Assembly: GCF_000007005.1 (NCBI RefSeq)
Contig: NC_002754.1
From: Saccharolobus solfataricus P2
GTDB taxonomy: Archaea > Thermoproteota > Thermoprotei_A > Sulfolobales > Sulfolobaceae
Strand: one strand, 5' to 3'
Length of the DNA stretch: 64,000 nt
A program made the position numbers and the translations under genes. Shown piece by piece: positions 10,870 through 22,935 of this stretch; position 1 is the stretch's first letter, and each line of letters begins with the position of its first letter. The notes under the pieces are model-generated. The model saw nothing but the letters and a program-made list of their open reading frames with translations, was not told the DNA's origin and did no database searches.

Positions 10870-11707
10870 ATTACTTAATATTAAGTATAACCAAAACAAA
10901 ATAAGTTTAGTGCTACCTCTTCCTCGCCTTAAAAACTGAAAATCCACGCTACCAAATCCTAAATTTAGGAGAAAAGATTGGAAAGTCATACAATTACACC
11001 ATAATTGAGGTTTACTCTTAAGATACTTTACACATCTAAGTTGATATTTGTCTTGATTCGATCCAGTACTCTGAATCAAAGTAGGCTATCCACAAATAGA
11101 GAGAATTAGCAAAAAGCCGTTCCCTTGCAAAACTCTCTTAAATTTATATTTAGTTTATTTTTCCATTGTTTAACTTCTTCAAAAATTATATTAAAATTAT
11201 ATAAGATCTGGATCTAGACATTTACGTAATGTCCTTTGAGGAGAATTTACCTTAACATTTACGATGTAAATAAATAAAAGAATTTTTCATAAATTATTAT
11301 TTTTTATGTATAATACTTCAACCTTTATGATCAATACTAAACTCTTAGGCTGAAATTTTCCTTGTGCTCTCCATTATAGCTAGAAGATATTTTCACTTTT
11401 TAATCAAACCAAAGCTTTTACCTTTGATCACTTTTTATAATATATCATAAACCTTCTTAATCATCTTGTACTTGCATAAAAAGATAAAACAAATCTCTTT
11501 TTGAAGTATATATTTTTCCAAATAGTACGAAATCTAAGATCTAATACCCATTTTAATAGTAATAATTGCTTTACCAAGATAATTTACCTAAGGTTAAGCT
11601 CAGTAATAAGACTTATATGAAAAATTATGAAAAATAGAACTTTAAAAAACTTGACCTTCGCCTTAAGACTTCTACCTTTATCTCTATGGCGTTAAATTAT
11701 GTTTAAA

Positions 11708-12100
11708 TTAACTTGAAGTTTTACCTTTAATCTCGTTTACTCTCTTAATTATTTCATCAACTAGATCCTTAGCTTCGCCAGGCTCTAAGATAGCTGCAGA
11801 TGCTGTGGCTACTTGTAAACCACAAGCTTCTCCTAAGGCTTTTTTAGAGGAAACATAAACATATGGTATTTTTTTCTCATCGCATAACAGTGGTAGGTGT
11901 GCAACTATTTCCTCTGGTTGTACATCTTCAGCAATAATTACTAATTTAGCTTGACCCCTTTCTACAGCCTTTGTTGTCTCATTGGTACCCTTCTTTATCT
12001 TTCCGCTTTCCTTAGCTTTTCTTACTGCTTCTAATACTTTATCTGCTAGGTCTTGTGGTACTTCAAACTTAACATAACTAGCTTTTGACATCGCGTTCAT
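11708..12100 (-). CDS. rpl7ae: Ribosomal protein L7Ae / sRNP core K-turn binding protein (likely start ATG 12091)
   Basis: [29 protein letters not shown] motifs. Confidence 0.96.
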   Translation of the reverse strand: MNAMSKASYVKFEVPQDLADKVLEAVRKAKESGKIKKGTNETTKAVERGQAKLVIIAEDVQPEEIVAHLPLLCDEKKIPYVYVSSKKALGEACGLQVATASAAILEPGEAKDLVDEIIKRVNEIKGKTSS

Positions 12101-12123
12101 CCTCCTCTAGTTTCGTCACGCAA
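12091..12123 (-). promoter_or_regulatory. K-turn in the L7Ae 5' leader (autoregulatory element candidate)
   Basis: UUGCGU-GA ... GAU-GA-ACGCGA: 6-bp helix, tandem G.A pairs, 3-nt bulge, overlapping the GGAGG SD; L7Ae leader K-turns are described in Sulfolobales. Confidence 0.6.
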
Positions 12124-12313
12124 GTCTTTAGAAGTATTAGCAAAAAATAAAGTTTACTATAGGATAAGACAGAAAGCTTAGCACCTTAAGGTGAAGATAA
12201 GTATCTTTAAGACCTTTATTTTTATATGTGAGAATTTCCCACCTTTTGGTTTTTCTACGAGAGATATAATATCGAATCATTGGTAGGGATTCATTAACGA
12301 AATAAAGAAGAAA

Positions 12314-14041
12314 TCAGTCGTGTGAGAATACAACACGTAGCATATTCTCATCTTTCCTATCTACTCTTACAAATCCAAATCGGTAAAATTGTACAATTTC
12401 GTCTATCTCCAAATCTGCTGCTATTTTTTCAGCATAACCATTTATCATTTTTATCTCATCTCTTTCCGCTTTCTCTACCATTACTGGTACTTTTTCATTT
12501 GATTTTACCCATTGAACTATCTTTGCATTGACTTTCTTAGCCTCGTCTAACGTTTTGCTGTGAAATATGAGCTTACGATTATGCTTATCAACTTTAACAT
12601 TGCATAATTCCATTAACCTTAGTATACTATTATCTTCTGCATCGTTAGATTCTATCAAAATTTTATCTCCTGGATTGACAATAATAGTTCTATTCATTTC
12701 TTGTTTAGAGGGAATTAAAGGTATTTTAGCATTTAGTGATTCAGGTAGCTCGACGCTAAATTCTTCTGCATCTTTTACAAACATTATTCTTTTAGCTACC
12801 GGATCTAGTTTTTTCCTATTAATTGCGGCAATGTTCTCAAAACTTATAGTAGCATCAGTTACCTTTACTCCGACATCAATTATTACGTCTTTAATTGTAT
12901 CTGGTAAGATTCCTCTTCTTCTGAGTCCAGCTAAAGTTGGCAATCTAGGATCATCCCTATTGGTACCCTTCTCTAACATTCCTCTTATTTTCGACTTACT
13001 CATCATAAAACCTTCAAGTCTTAGTCTTCCAAACTGTAAGACCTCTGGAAATTCCCATCCCATGTACTCAGAAATGTATCTCTGCTTTTCTGTATTTGAC
13101 ATATGCTCCTTAGCTCTCAGTACATGAGTAATTCCAAGTTCATGATCATCTATTATAGAAGCAAAGTTATAGGTAGGCCATACCCAATACTTGCTCCCTA
13201 CTCGTGGATGAGGATTTTTAGCAGTATCAATTATTCTAAGCATTACCCAATCTATTTGAGATGGATCTGGATCCGATAGATCGGTCTTTAACCTAACCAC
13301 AGCTTCTCCTTCTTTAAACTTTCCTCCTAGCATTTTTTCAAACAGCTCCAGATTACTCTCTGGTGAAGAGCTCCTATGTAAACATTCTGGCTCTTTCATT
13401 TTACCTCTACTATCCCTAAACTTCCTGAAAATACTACTATCACATGTATCAACATACGCATATCCTTTTTCTATCAAATACCGAGCGTACTTATAGTATA
13501 ACTCGAGCCTTTCCGAAGCGTAAAGTTCTTGTTCCCATTTAATTCCCAGCCATTTTAGATCCTCCTTAATCCAATCATATGCATCTAGAATTGGCCTTTT
13601 AACCTTAGGATCTGTATCATCAAACCTCAGTATGAACTTACCGTTATACATTTTAGCGTATTCGTAAGATAGAATCGCAGACCTTGCGTTACCTAAATGA
13701 AGAGGACCATCCGGATTAGGGGCAAATCTAGTTACTACTTGTCCTTTAACATTAGGAAGAGGTGGCAACACTTTTCTTTTTTCTTCATGCTTCTTCTCTT
13801 CTAATAACTCTGGATACTTTGCTTTAATTTCAGTTAACTGCTGCTCTAAAGTTAATGAGTTAACTTGTTCTATGATCTCCTTGATAATCTTTACAATTTC
13901 TCTAGCATTTGATCTTAATTCCGGCCTCTCCGCTATAATCTTACTCATCACTGGACCCGTTTCGGCTTTCCCATTATGCTTTACCGCATTTTGAAGAGCA
14001 TATTTATAAATAGTTTCTCGTAATTCATTTAATTCCATCAA
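12314..14041 (-). CDS. gltX: Glutamyl-tRNA synthetase
   Basis: [15 protein letters not shown] (HIGH-like), [13 protein letters not shown]. Confidence 0.95.
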
Positions 14042-14711
14042 ACTCCCCTTTTAGTAATTTATCCACAAATTCCCTTACACCTTTTCCACTTTTATTACTT
14101 GTTATATAATCGGCTATATCTTTCAGTTCATCATCAGCATTTCCTACCGCAACCTTAAATCCAACTTGTTGAAATAGTTCTATGTCAGTTGATGAATCGC
14201 CAATAGCCGCTACGTCTTCTTTCTTTAGACCAAGTAATTGAAGCAACTTCTCTACTCCTATTCTTTTCCCCGCTGGATTATATGCAATATGAACCGCATA
14301 TCCACTACTTTTAATGTAAAGATTCCTTTCTTTAGCCCAATTTATCATCTCATCAGTTATTTTTGCAGGAACAAAACCGAAATCACATTCCCTATATTCA
14401 TTTTGCCATGTATCCCTTAACTTGAATAAAGATTTGAATTCATCTACTAGGCTCTGCTCCATTTGCCTACACATTCTATACTTTTCTTTGTAAAATACTA
14501 TACATCCGTTTTCTGCAACAAAACCACCGTCTAAATAAAGATATGTGTAAAGTCCTCTTAGAATTGGATAGGAATTTCCGCTAACTAAACTTACTTTGAT
14601 CCCGCTTTTTTGTAAGAGCCTTATTGCGTAAATGGCATCTAAGTCTATTCGAGTAGATTCCCTATCTTCAGTCAGCGTTCCATCTAAATCCACTAAAACT
14701 AATTTTATCAT
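14025..14711 (-). CDS. HAD-superfamily phosphatase (phosphoglycolate phosphatase-like, Cof type)
   Basis: DLDGTLT motif I, SGN, K, GDSSTD motif IV. Confidence 0.88.
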
Positions 14712-15907
14712 GGAACTACATCTCTAGCTTTTTTAGCGTATTCATGATCTACATAAATTCTTCTTATAGTTAAAGTCTCTGGTATATGGTTAATTAAAGT
14801 GGACTTATACCGGATTATATTCATCTCATTATTCTTTGAAATTATATTTATTTTATCCTTATTCAGTATTTTTATTTTTTCCTCAATGGGATATATTGAA
14901 CTCCTCGGAATCTGATTTCTCTCTAAACGATCTACTATCTCCTTAATTTTAATATCTCCTCCTTTCATCTCGTTATCGTAGGAAATCTCTTCATAAACCA
15001 CTTTAGGACCTCTTCTATCCAAGAAATTTCTTATTTTCTGCTTTAAATAAAGGGGAGAGTTAGAGGAATAGAGATATGTGTAAAGAATCATGAAAACCCA
15101 TTCATCATCCCAATAGGATATTGAGGAATCATAGACAAGACCTCTTATATTTTCTACGCTTAAGATTGACGAATCACAGCAATCGTAAATAGTTCTGAAA
15201 ATTTCTCTCAGCATCAGTTCATAACCTATTATGGTCTTATGATAATATACAGCTTGATACATGTGAAGCCTGGATATGAAAAAGTTCTCTAAACTATATA
15301 TACCTTTATCTTGAACAACAATTTCGTTATTATTTCCATAGAAGATGGTATCCAATAATCTATATAAATCAATATTGCCTAGTTGCACTCCAGTATGTCT
15401 AGAGTCCCTTACCAGATAGTCCATCCTATCAACATCTACGTCACTATTTACTATAGATGACATCATTGAGTTTCCGTTCAAAATTTCTATAATCTTACTA
15501 TAGTCAATTGATTCATTATCAAAAAATTCCCTAAAATTAGGCGATTTGGAAATTATCATATACCTTAAATCCTTATTTGATAATCCCTTTTCTAAATATA
15601 AAGGCTCTAGGCTATGACTAAAAGGAAATTGACCTATATCATGGAGCAGTGCAGATAATTTTAGGTAAGTTGACTCTTCGTCAGTTATTATTCCTAGCTG
15701 TCTAAATTTCTCACCTAAAATTGTAGTAAGATAAAATGTCCCTAAAGAGTGACTGAACCTGGTATGAGTAGCCCCAGGGTATACCAGATATGCTAAACTT
15801 GTTTGTTTTATTCTTCGTAGGCGCTGAAATTCTGGCATATCAATTATCTTGGCCTCTCTATCGTCAAGTTCAATATACGCATGGATCTCATCATAAACTT
15901 TCTTCAT
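14708..15907 (-). CDS. HD-domain phosphohydrolase (dNTPase-like)
   Basis: FQRLRRIKQ, HTRFSHSLG, LLHDIGQFPFSH, DVDRMDYL.RDS. Confidence 0.88.
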   Translation of the reverse strand: MKKVYDEIHAYIELDDREAKIIDMPEFQRLRRIKQTSLAYLVYPGATHTRFSHSLGTFYLTTILGEKFRQLGIITDEESTYLKLSALLHDIGQFPFSHSLEPLYLEKGLSNKDLRYMIISKSPNFREFFDNESIDYSKIIEILNGNSMMSSIVNSDVDVDRMDYLVRDSRHTGVQLGNIDLYRLLDTIFYGNNNEIVVQDKGIYSLENFFISRLHMYQAVYYHKTIIGYELMLREIFRTIYDCCDSSILSVENIRGLVYDSSISYWDDEWVFMILYTYLYSSNSPLYLKQKIRNFLDRRGPKVVYEEISYDNEMKGGDIKIKEIVDRLERNQIPRSSIYPIEEKIKILNKDKINIISKNNEMNIIRYKSTLINHIPETLTIRRIYVDHEYAKKARDVVP

Positions 15908-15943
15908 TTAAACCAGATTAATTTAAAACTAGGGAAATATAAA

Positions 15944-16066
15944 ACCCATCCCAGCTTAGTGGGGCTGCGGATCCTCACGGTATCCACGGCCCCACTAACG
16001 TGAGCGGCTTAACTTCCGGGTTCGAAATGAGTCCGGGTGTTGCCCGCTCACTGTGACCGGGTGGGC
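15944..16066 (-). rRNA. rrf: 5S rRNA
   Basis: GCCCACCCGGTCACAGTGAGCGGGCAACACCCGGACTCATTTCGAACCCGGAAGTTAAG...GGGATGGG, crenarchaeal 5S; GC-rich island. Confidence 0.95.
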
Positions 16067-16097
16067 AAAAATAAGTACTCATAATCAATATAAAAAA

Positions 16098-16292
16098 TTA
16101 ACTACCCTTCTTTTCCTCGGGTACTACAGCATAGATACCCGTTATATATAGGTTACCTCCATCCTTTGGGCAAGTGCCTACTACTTTAAGTACGTAATCA
16201 CCATCTTGGAAAGGTCTTTCCGTTTCGTAATCCCCATTGACACACTTAATAACCGTGTAAACGTTAACAGTTTGTTGTTGATTAGAAGACAT
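16098..16292 (-). CDS. Small conserved protein, Zn-ribbon-like (C..D / CPKD)
   Basis: 64 aa, directly abuts the upstream gene, coding-like composition. Confidence 0.65.
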   Translation of the reverse strand: MSSNQQQTVNVYTVIKCVNGDYETERPFQDGDYVLKVVGTCPKDGGNLYITGIYAVVPEEKKGS

Positions 16293-17423
16293 CTATTGAG
16301 CCACCCCTGCAGTATTTCCTACACCTACTACTACTACTATATCTCCAGGCTTAGTTCTTTCCAGAATTATCTTCTTTACTAATTCTAATGCCTTTGGCGC
16401 AGCTTGGTAAATTTCTTTCCTCATTTCTGTAATCGCTTCTTCCATGCTCATCTTTACTATTACCGCATCTATCGGTATGTTGTATTTTACGGCTACTCTC
16501 TCTATGCTTATCTTTTCAGGACCAGGATCACCCATAGCGACTCCAGTACCTTCAGCTATAGCCCCAGTATTTTCACCTTCTAATTTTAACGCAGCATCTA
16601 TGGTTATAATTCTCGTGACTTTACCTTTATATTCCTCAACCACATTCTCTACTGCTTCACCTGGCCTCCCTACTGTAGCCATGGGACCCTCAGCTTTTAC
16701 GACGATTAATTTTCTACCTTCTAATTCAACCTCTCCTGCTACAGTATCTCTACTAGGATTCCATTTTTTATCAGCTTTCATAAATAGATAAGCTGCTACC
16801 AAAGGACCTAGCGAATCGCCCACTGGTATTCCTCGTATGAAAGTGTTCATAGCCTTAGAGTATGCTTCAGAGATCTTAACAAGTTGTGGAACAACAAATT
16901 GTAACTGATAAAGAAGAATAGCACTATTTAGCTTTTTAGCTAAAATCAAATAATGTCTCACTACTTTGTATATTAGGTTTAGCGAATTTACTACTTCTGC
17001 AGATACTTCCAATTTACTTCTATTAACATTATCTATATTCGGAACCATAAGAGTTATAAGATCCCTTATCTTATCTTCTCCACTTCTAAGTAATAATCTC
17101 ATCCTACTAATTATGTCCGTCGGTTCTACATTTACTGGATCTATTATAAACATTTCAGATATTCTTTCGATAAATGGCTTTGGATCTTGAACACCTCTTT
17201 CTTTTAAAAGTTGTTCCATTTTACTTTTGGACTCATTCAAGTATTTTTCAATCATACTTAATTGTCCCTCTATGCCTCTAGCTAACATGGATACGGTCAG
17301 CCTTGTGTTAACACCTGGCAAATACAATAGGAACAATAAAACAAAGAACAACACGTATGTTAGAATGTAGTAAAGAGAGTTTGCTTGATTTAAAGATGTT
17401 TGTGCTAAAGCAATTAAACTCAT
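16293..17423 (-). CDS. Membrane-anchored DUF1512-like protein
   Basis: N-terminal TM helix; C-terminal [14 protein letters not shown] and VGVGNT motifs. Confidence 0.75.
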   Translation of the reverse strand: MSLIALAQTSLNQANSLYYILTYVLFFVLLFLLYLPGVNTRLTVSMLARGIEGQLSMIEKYLNESKSKMEQLLKERGVQDPKPFIERISEMFIIDPVNVEPTDIISRMRLLLRSGEDKIRDLITLMVPNIDNVNRSKLEVSAEVVNSLNLIYKVVRHYLILAKKLNSAILLYQLQFVVPQLVKISEAYSKAMNTFIRGIPVGDSLGPLVAAYLFMKADKKWNPSRDTVAGEVELEGRKLIVVKAEGPMATVGRPGEAVENVVEEYKGKVTRIITIDAALKLEGENTGAIAEGTGVAMGDPGPEKISIERVAVKYNIPIDAVIVKMSMEEAITEMRKEIYQAAPKALELVKKIILERTKPGDIVVVVGVGNTAGVAQ

Positions 17424-17466
17424 TTTTATCGTTAACCTTTACTCATTCGAATTAATTAAACTTTTT

Positions 17467-18372
17467 TCAAAGAGACTTTGTAGACACTATAATTGAATCA
17501 CCCTTAACTATAACGGTGTGCTCGAACTGAGAAACTACGCCTTTCTTGATCTCAATTAAGATCGGATATCCTCTTAATGCACCTTTTTTAACTAAATTTT
17601 TTATATTATTTCTTAATTCGTCAACATTAGTAGAAAATTCCTTAAGCCATCTCTCTGAAAACGGTAAATAATTAAAACGGGTATATATAAAATCTATAAG
17701 CTCATTCTCTCTTGAAGAAAGACCTTTTATATTAGGATTTTTTAAGGAATATATTGTAATAGACTTACCTTCTACTACCTCTCCGCCACCATCAGTGGCA
17801 AATGGTTCTATCGCGTAAACAGAATCAGATTGTATAACGCCTAATCCTCTCTCGTAAACATTGGGTATAAACACACCAGCGTGAAGTTCATAGCGTCTTA
17901 TAAGATGACCTCCTAAGTTCCTTATCGGCTTATATCCCTGAGCTCGTATCACCTTTTCAATAACCCTACCAATCTCACCTATACTTAATCCAGCTTTAAA
18001 ATTAGTAATTGCAGCCTCAAGAGCAGTTTTAGATGCATCTAATAGTCTTTGATACCTAGAGTCTAAACTAATAGTAATTGCAGTATCGCTAATAAAACCA
18101 TCAATATGAGCTCCTAAATCTAACTTAACTACAGCACCTTCTGGAATTCTCTTTTCATCATTTATAGTTGGACTATAATGAGCAGCTTCCGAATTAATTG
18201 ATATATTACATGGAAATGATGGAAACGCTTTATTTTCGATTATTATACTTTCAACCTCTTCACAAATATCTAAAACCTTAGCACTAGCTTTAACGTCTAA
18301 TGAAACTTCATCTCTAGCCTTAGCTGCAATCTTACCTGCTAATAAAAGCTTATTGAGTTCATCCTCAGTCAT
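17467..18372 (-). CDS. map: Methionine aminopeptidase type II
   Basis: [34 protein letters not shown] metal ligands. Confidence 0.95.
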   Translation of the reverse strand: MTEDELNKLLLAGKIAAKARDEVSLDVKASAKVLDICEEVESIIIENKAFPSFPCNISINSEAAHYSPTINDEKRIPEGAVVKLDLGAHIDGFISDTAITISLDSRYQRLLDASKTALEAAITNFKAGLSIGEIGRVIEKVIRAQGYKPIRNLGGHLIRRYELHAGVFIPNVYERGLGVIQSDSVYAIEPFATDGGGEVVEGKSITIYSLKNPNIKGLSSRENELIDFIYTRFNYLPFSERWLKEFSTNVDELRNNIKNLVKKGALRGYPILIEIKKGVVSQFEHTVIVKGDSIIVSTKSL

Positions 18373-18425
18373 GAATGTAGTTTTCGGGGTATAAGCTTTA
18401 TTTTTTTCTCATAGAAATCTTTTGT

Positions 18426-19109
18426 ATGGCACAGTTAAGATGGTTAGGCCATGCTGCAACCTTGTTGACATTCGGTAATAAGAATGTAATAATAGATCCA
18501 ATGATTAAGGACAATCCATTAAGCCCAGTAAAACTAGACTATTTTAAAAATAACTTAGATATCATTATTGTAACTCATGACCACTATGATCACTTAGGAG
18601 ATACCGTAGAGTTATTAAGAATGAATCCCAAAGCAAAACTCTTTGCAACTTACGATCTAGAAGCACATTTAGCGGAGACTTATAAAATATCAGAGGAGAG
18701 CATTATACCAGCCAATGTAGGGGGATTCGTAGAAGTTGATGGAATAAAGCTGGCGTTAACTAAAGCAGTTCATTCAAGTACACATAGTGACCCAACTGGT
18801 GCAATAGTATCTGCTGAAGGAATTACCGTATACCATGCAGGGGATACTGGATTATTTGAAGATATGAAGTTAATTGGAGAAGTATTTAAGCCTGACTACG
18901 CACTATTACCTATAGGCGGAAGATTTACGATGGATCCTTATCAAGCGTCAATAAGCGTAGAGTTGATTAAGCCTAAGAAAGGTGCTATACCAATACACTA
19001 TAATACATGGGATCTGATAAAAGTTGACGTAAATGATTTTGTAAAACTAGTTAAGAACAAAGGATATAATCCCATAGTATTACAACCAGGCCAAACTATA
19101 ACGTTGTGA
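18426..19109 (+). CDS. Metallo-beta-lactamase fold hydrolase (UPF0173-like)
   Basis: THDHYDH, AVHSS, YHAGDT, PIHY. Confidence 0.88.
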   Translation: MAQLRWLGHAATLLTFGNKNVIIDPMIKDNPLSPVKLDYFKNNLDIIIVTHDHYDHLGDTVELLRMNPKAKLFATYDLEAHLAETYKISEESIIPANVGGFVEVDGIKLALTKAVHSSTHSDPTGAIVSAEGITVYHAGDTGLFEDMKLIGEVFKPDYALLPIGGRFTMDPYQASISVELIKPKKGAIPIHYNTWDLIKVDVNDFVKLVKNKGYNPIVLQPGQTITL

Positions 19110-20512
19110 TATCAATGTTAAGTGAGAACGAAGCTAAGATACTATTTTTTTTGAAAGATCTTAAAAAAACAAATTCAGTGGAACTTGCAATAAAAATGGG
19201 CATTCCAGAAAGCTCGGTCTTAAGTTTAATTGAGTTACTAAGGGAAAAGGGTTATGTAAAAACAGAGGTAAAATCTGAAAAACATTATGTATTAACTGAA
19301 GAGGGGAGGAAAAGAAAAGAAAGTGGACTCCCAGAAGATATTTTAATAAATACGTTGAATGGACAAGAAAAAGATCTAAACGAGATAAAAAACATTCTTA
19401 ATAAGGACTTTAACATCGCAATTAGTTGGGCAAAGAGAAAAGGATTAATAGATATAAAAGAAGGAAAAGTGATACCTAAAGTAAAAACTTATATGTCATC
19501 TGAATATCTTGCTCTTTCAAATCTTGAAAGAGCTGATAGTAATACAATAAATTTGCTTAAAAAAAGAGGTCTTATAGAAGAAAAGGAAAGGAAAATTGTA
19601 AGTGTAGAGTTAATAAAAGAACCTAAAGAGTCTGAGATAGGTATTTCAAATCTGAATAGAGAATTGATAATTAGTGGTGAGTGGAAGAAGTACAAGCTTA
19701 AGAAGTACAATGTAGAAGCCTTTCCTCCATATTATACTATTAGTAAAAAACATTATTTTAGAGAGTTTTTAGAAAAAGTCAAGGATATTATGATTAGCTT
19801 AGGATTTAAAGAGATTAATACAGGGTACATTGAAATGGAATTTTATAATTTTGATCTTTTGTTTCAACCTCAAGACCACCCTGCCAGAGAGATTCACGAT
19901 AGCTTTTCAGTAGAAGGTTCAGGAAAAATAGAAGACAAAGATTTGCTAAATAATGTAAAGGAAATTCATGAGAAATTCTGGAAGTATGAATGGAAACAAG
20001 ATATTACACTAAGGCTAATGCTGAGAAGCCAGACTACTGCTACAACTGCGAGAGTCCTAGCATCAAGACCTAAGGCTCCTCAAAAAGTCTTCACTTTAGG
20101 TAAGGTCTTCAGACCAGACGCAATAGATGCAACTCATTTGATAGAATTTCACCAATTAGATGGTGTAATTATAGACAATAATTTCACGTTTAAGGAGTTA
20201 TTAGGTGTTCTGAAGGAAATATTCTATAGGTTAGGAATTAAGGAAGTTAAATTTAAACCAGCATACTTCCCCTTCACGGAACCTAGCGTAGAAGCTTACG
20301 GGTATCTGGAAAAATTAGGCTGGGTAGAGATGTGCGGGGCTGGACTGTTGAGACCAGAAATACTAAGTTCAGTTGGAATCGATAGTACAGCTGGAGCTTG
20401 GGGAATTGGAATTGAAAGACTTGCTATGAGCTTTCTCAATATTAGTGATATTAGATTACTATATTCTAACAATATAGAGTATATAAGAGATACTAAAGTG
20501 AAAATAGAGTGA
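19106..20512 (+). CDS. pheS: Phenylalanyl-tRNA synthetase alpha subunit
   Basis: [33 protein letters not shown]. Confidence 0.95.
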
Positions 20513-20517
20513 TATAA

Positions 20518-22152
20518 ATGGTAACTATAGTATTAAATAAATATAAATTATTAAATAAAATAGGCATAGGTCAACAGAAACTAGAGGATTTATTGTTTAA
20601 CTTAAAATCAGAGATAAAACCAGTTGACGAAAGTAATATTGAAATAGAGATAAATGCTGACCGATTAGATCTACTCTCCTCTGATGGGATAGCTAGAGCG
20701 ATTAAAGGCTTGTTAGAAAAAGAGCTAGGCGAAGCAAAGTATGATATTACGGATACTGAATATAAGTTAATAGTTGATAATGTAAGAACGAGACCTTACG
20801 CGTTGGCTGCTGTAATCTATAATGCTAAAATAGACCTTCAAGAACTAATACAGTTTCAAGAAAAACTTCATAGTACCATAGGGAGAAAGAGAAAAAAGGT
20901 AGCTATAGGCATTCACGATCTAAAGAAAATAGATTCAAAGAGGATAGAATATAGGGAAGTTCCTCTTTCCTATAAATTTATTCCATTATATGAAAAGGAA
21001 GAACTTACAATTAGCGAGGTCTTGGAAAAGACTGAGCAGGGGAAACTTTATGGAAATATTTCGATATCTAATGGAGTATCACCAGCAATAGTTCAAGAAG
21101 ATGGAGAAGTACTAAGCATACCTCCAATAATCAACTCTGATAAGACAAAATTGGACGAGAGCACAAAAGATCTCTTCATCGACGTTACTGGAACTTCCTT
21201 TGAAGCAGTTGCGCAAACCCTAGATATAATAGTTTCAAATCTAGCAGAAGCTGGAGGGACGATAGGAAGAGTAAAAGTAATAAAAACTGATAATTCCTTC
21301 CAACAATCTTCGCCCTTACTCATACATAAAATTCAGAATGTTAGAGAGGAATATGCAAATAAAATTTTAGGAATCAAAATCAGTGAAGAAGAGATATGTA
21401 AACATATAACGAGAATGAGAATGAATTGTAACGTAGAAAATGGAATCATAAGAGTTACAGTACCTCAATATAGGGTAGATATAATAAATGAAATCGATAT
21501 AGTAGAGGATATTGCAATGAGTATTGGATATAATAATCTAGAACCCTCTAAGTATATTTCGACAAACTATGGTTCTTATGATTACTTAACATTACTGGAA
21601 AGGAAAATGAGGGAATTAAGCATCGGAGCAGGGTTTGTAGAGGTATTTAACTTTGTGCTAATTAAAAATGAAAAGATACTTGATAGTAAGTATGTGAAAA
21701 TTCTCAACCCTATTTCTGAGGAATATAATGCAGTAAGGAATTCGCTAATTCCAATATTATTAGATTTTCTATCTAAAAATCAGCATGCGAAATTCCCAAT
21801 TAGAATTTTTGAGACCGGAGACGTGGTAATTTATGATTCTTCGACAGATACTGGATTTAGAAATGATAAAAGGGCTGCATATGCAATAATGGACAATAAG
21901 GTAAGTTATGAAGACGTGCAAGCACCTATCCATTACATTTTGAAAACATTAGGCATAGAAGTAAATTATAAGGAAGAAAATAATGACATTTTCATTGAAG
22001 GACGTTCAGCATCAATAGTGTATGAAAACGAGAAAATAGGGGTAATAGGTGAAATTAATCCTGACGTATTAATAAGATTTGGTATTGAATATCCTACAGT
22101 AATCGCCGAACTGTATATCACGGAGATAGCTAAAAAACTTAACAAGAGATAA
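20518..22152 (+). CDS. pheT: Phenylalanyl-tRNA synthetase beta subunit
   Basis: DRLDLLS, IGRKRKKVAIGIHD, SIPPIINS, YRVDIINEIDIVEDIA; follows pheS. Confidence 0.94.
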   Translation: MVTIVLNKYKLLNKIGIGQQKLEDLLFNLKSEIKPVDESNIEIEINADRLDLLSSDGIARAIKGLLEKELGEAKYDITDTEYKLIVDNVRTRPYALAAVIYNAKIDLQELIQFQEKLHSTIGRKRKKVAIGIHDLKKIDSKRIEYREVPLSYKFIPLYEKEELTISEVLEKTEQGKLYGNISISNGVSPAIVQEDGEVLSIPPIINSDKTKLDESTKDLFIDVTGTSFEAVAQTLDIIVSNLAEAGGTIGRVKVIKTDNSFQQSSPLLIHKIQNVREEYANKILGIKISEEEICKHITRMRMNCNVENGIIRVTVPQYRVDIINEIDIVEDIAMSIGYNNLEPSKYISTNYGSYDYLTLLERKMRELSIGAGFVEVFNFVLIKNEKILDSKYVKILNPISEEYNAVRNSLIPILLDFLSKNQHAKFPIRIFETGDVVIYDSSTDTGFRNDKRAAYAIMDNKVSYEDVQAPIHYILKTLGIEVNYKEENNDIFIEGRSASIVYENEKIGVIGEINPDVLIRFGIEYPTVIAELYITEIAKKLNKR

Positions 22153-22173
22153 TAATATAGGAGGTGGTGTCAA

Positions 22174-22935
22174 ATTCCATTCATAATAACAGATGATATT
22201 CGTCTATACTATGAAATAAGAGGGCATGGAAAGCCTATTGTGCTAATTCACCATTTAGCTGGTAGTTATAAGAGCTGGAAATTCGTTATTCCAAAGCTCT
22301 CATTAGATAACACCGTGGTTGCGTATGATCTGAGAGGGCATGGTAGATCTTCAACTCCTAATTCACCTTATAATATTGAAGATCATTCCAATGACTTGAG
22401 AAGGTTATTAGTTCAGCTAGGTATAGAAAAACCAGTGTTGATTGGACACTCAATAGGTTCTTTGATTGCAATAGATTATGCTTTGAAATATCCAATAGAG
22501 AAATTAGTGTTGATTGGAGCTCTATATAGAGCGCCATCATCAGAAGTTTATGAAAAGTATGTAAGAATTGCAGTGAATTTTGGAATGAGAGCATTAGCAG
22601 AATATAGAAGATTCCACAAAGAGTTTACTGAAACATTAGCCAGCAACTATCAAGCGTGGAACTCTCTTTTAGAAGTATATGAGGAAACTACGCCAATAGG
22701 TTATAAAAACGCAGTGGAAGGATTATTAAAAGCGAAAGATTATTCAGATGAACTTATGGGAATAAATGCTAAGACCCTTATAGTATATGGGACTTATGAC
22801 GGATTAATAGTAAATCTAAACGTATTTAAGAACAACATGAAAAACGTAGAAATAAAAACTATAGATGGCTACGGTCACTTTCTTAATTTCGAGAACCCAT
22901 TATTATTATCGGAGATCATAAAGAATTTCTTATGA
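22174..22935 (+). CDS. Alpha/beta hydrolase (esterase-like); start placed at ATT 22174, ORF track start is GTG 22240
   Basis: GHSIG nucleophile elbow, [13 protein letters not shown] and YGHF acid/His; SD GGAGGTG at 22160-22166. Confidence 0.82.
   Translation: MPFIITDDIRLYYEIRGHGKPIVLIHHLAGSYKSWKFVIPKLSLDNTVVAYDLRGHGRSSTPNSPYNIEDHSNDLRRLLVQLGIEKPVLIGHSIGSLIAIDYALKYPIEKLVLIGALYRAPSSEVYEKYVRIAVNFGMRALAEYRRFHKEFTETLASNYQAWNSLLEVYEETTPIGYKNAVEGLLKAKDYSDELMGINAKTLIVYGTYDGLIVNLNVFKNNMKNVEIKTIDGYGHFLNFENPLLLSEIIKNFL

Noticed and set aside
10872-10887. Perfect 16-bp palindrome TACTTAATATTAAGTA upstream of tRNA-Trp
   Set aside because: It is almost all A/T; a few such palindromes are expected by chance in 64 kb of AT-rich DNA.
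10855-11079. 74-aa ORF running into tRNA-Trp
   Set aside because: It overlaps the tRNA gene and its promoter, starts with TTG without an SD, and has no motifs.
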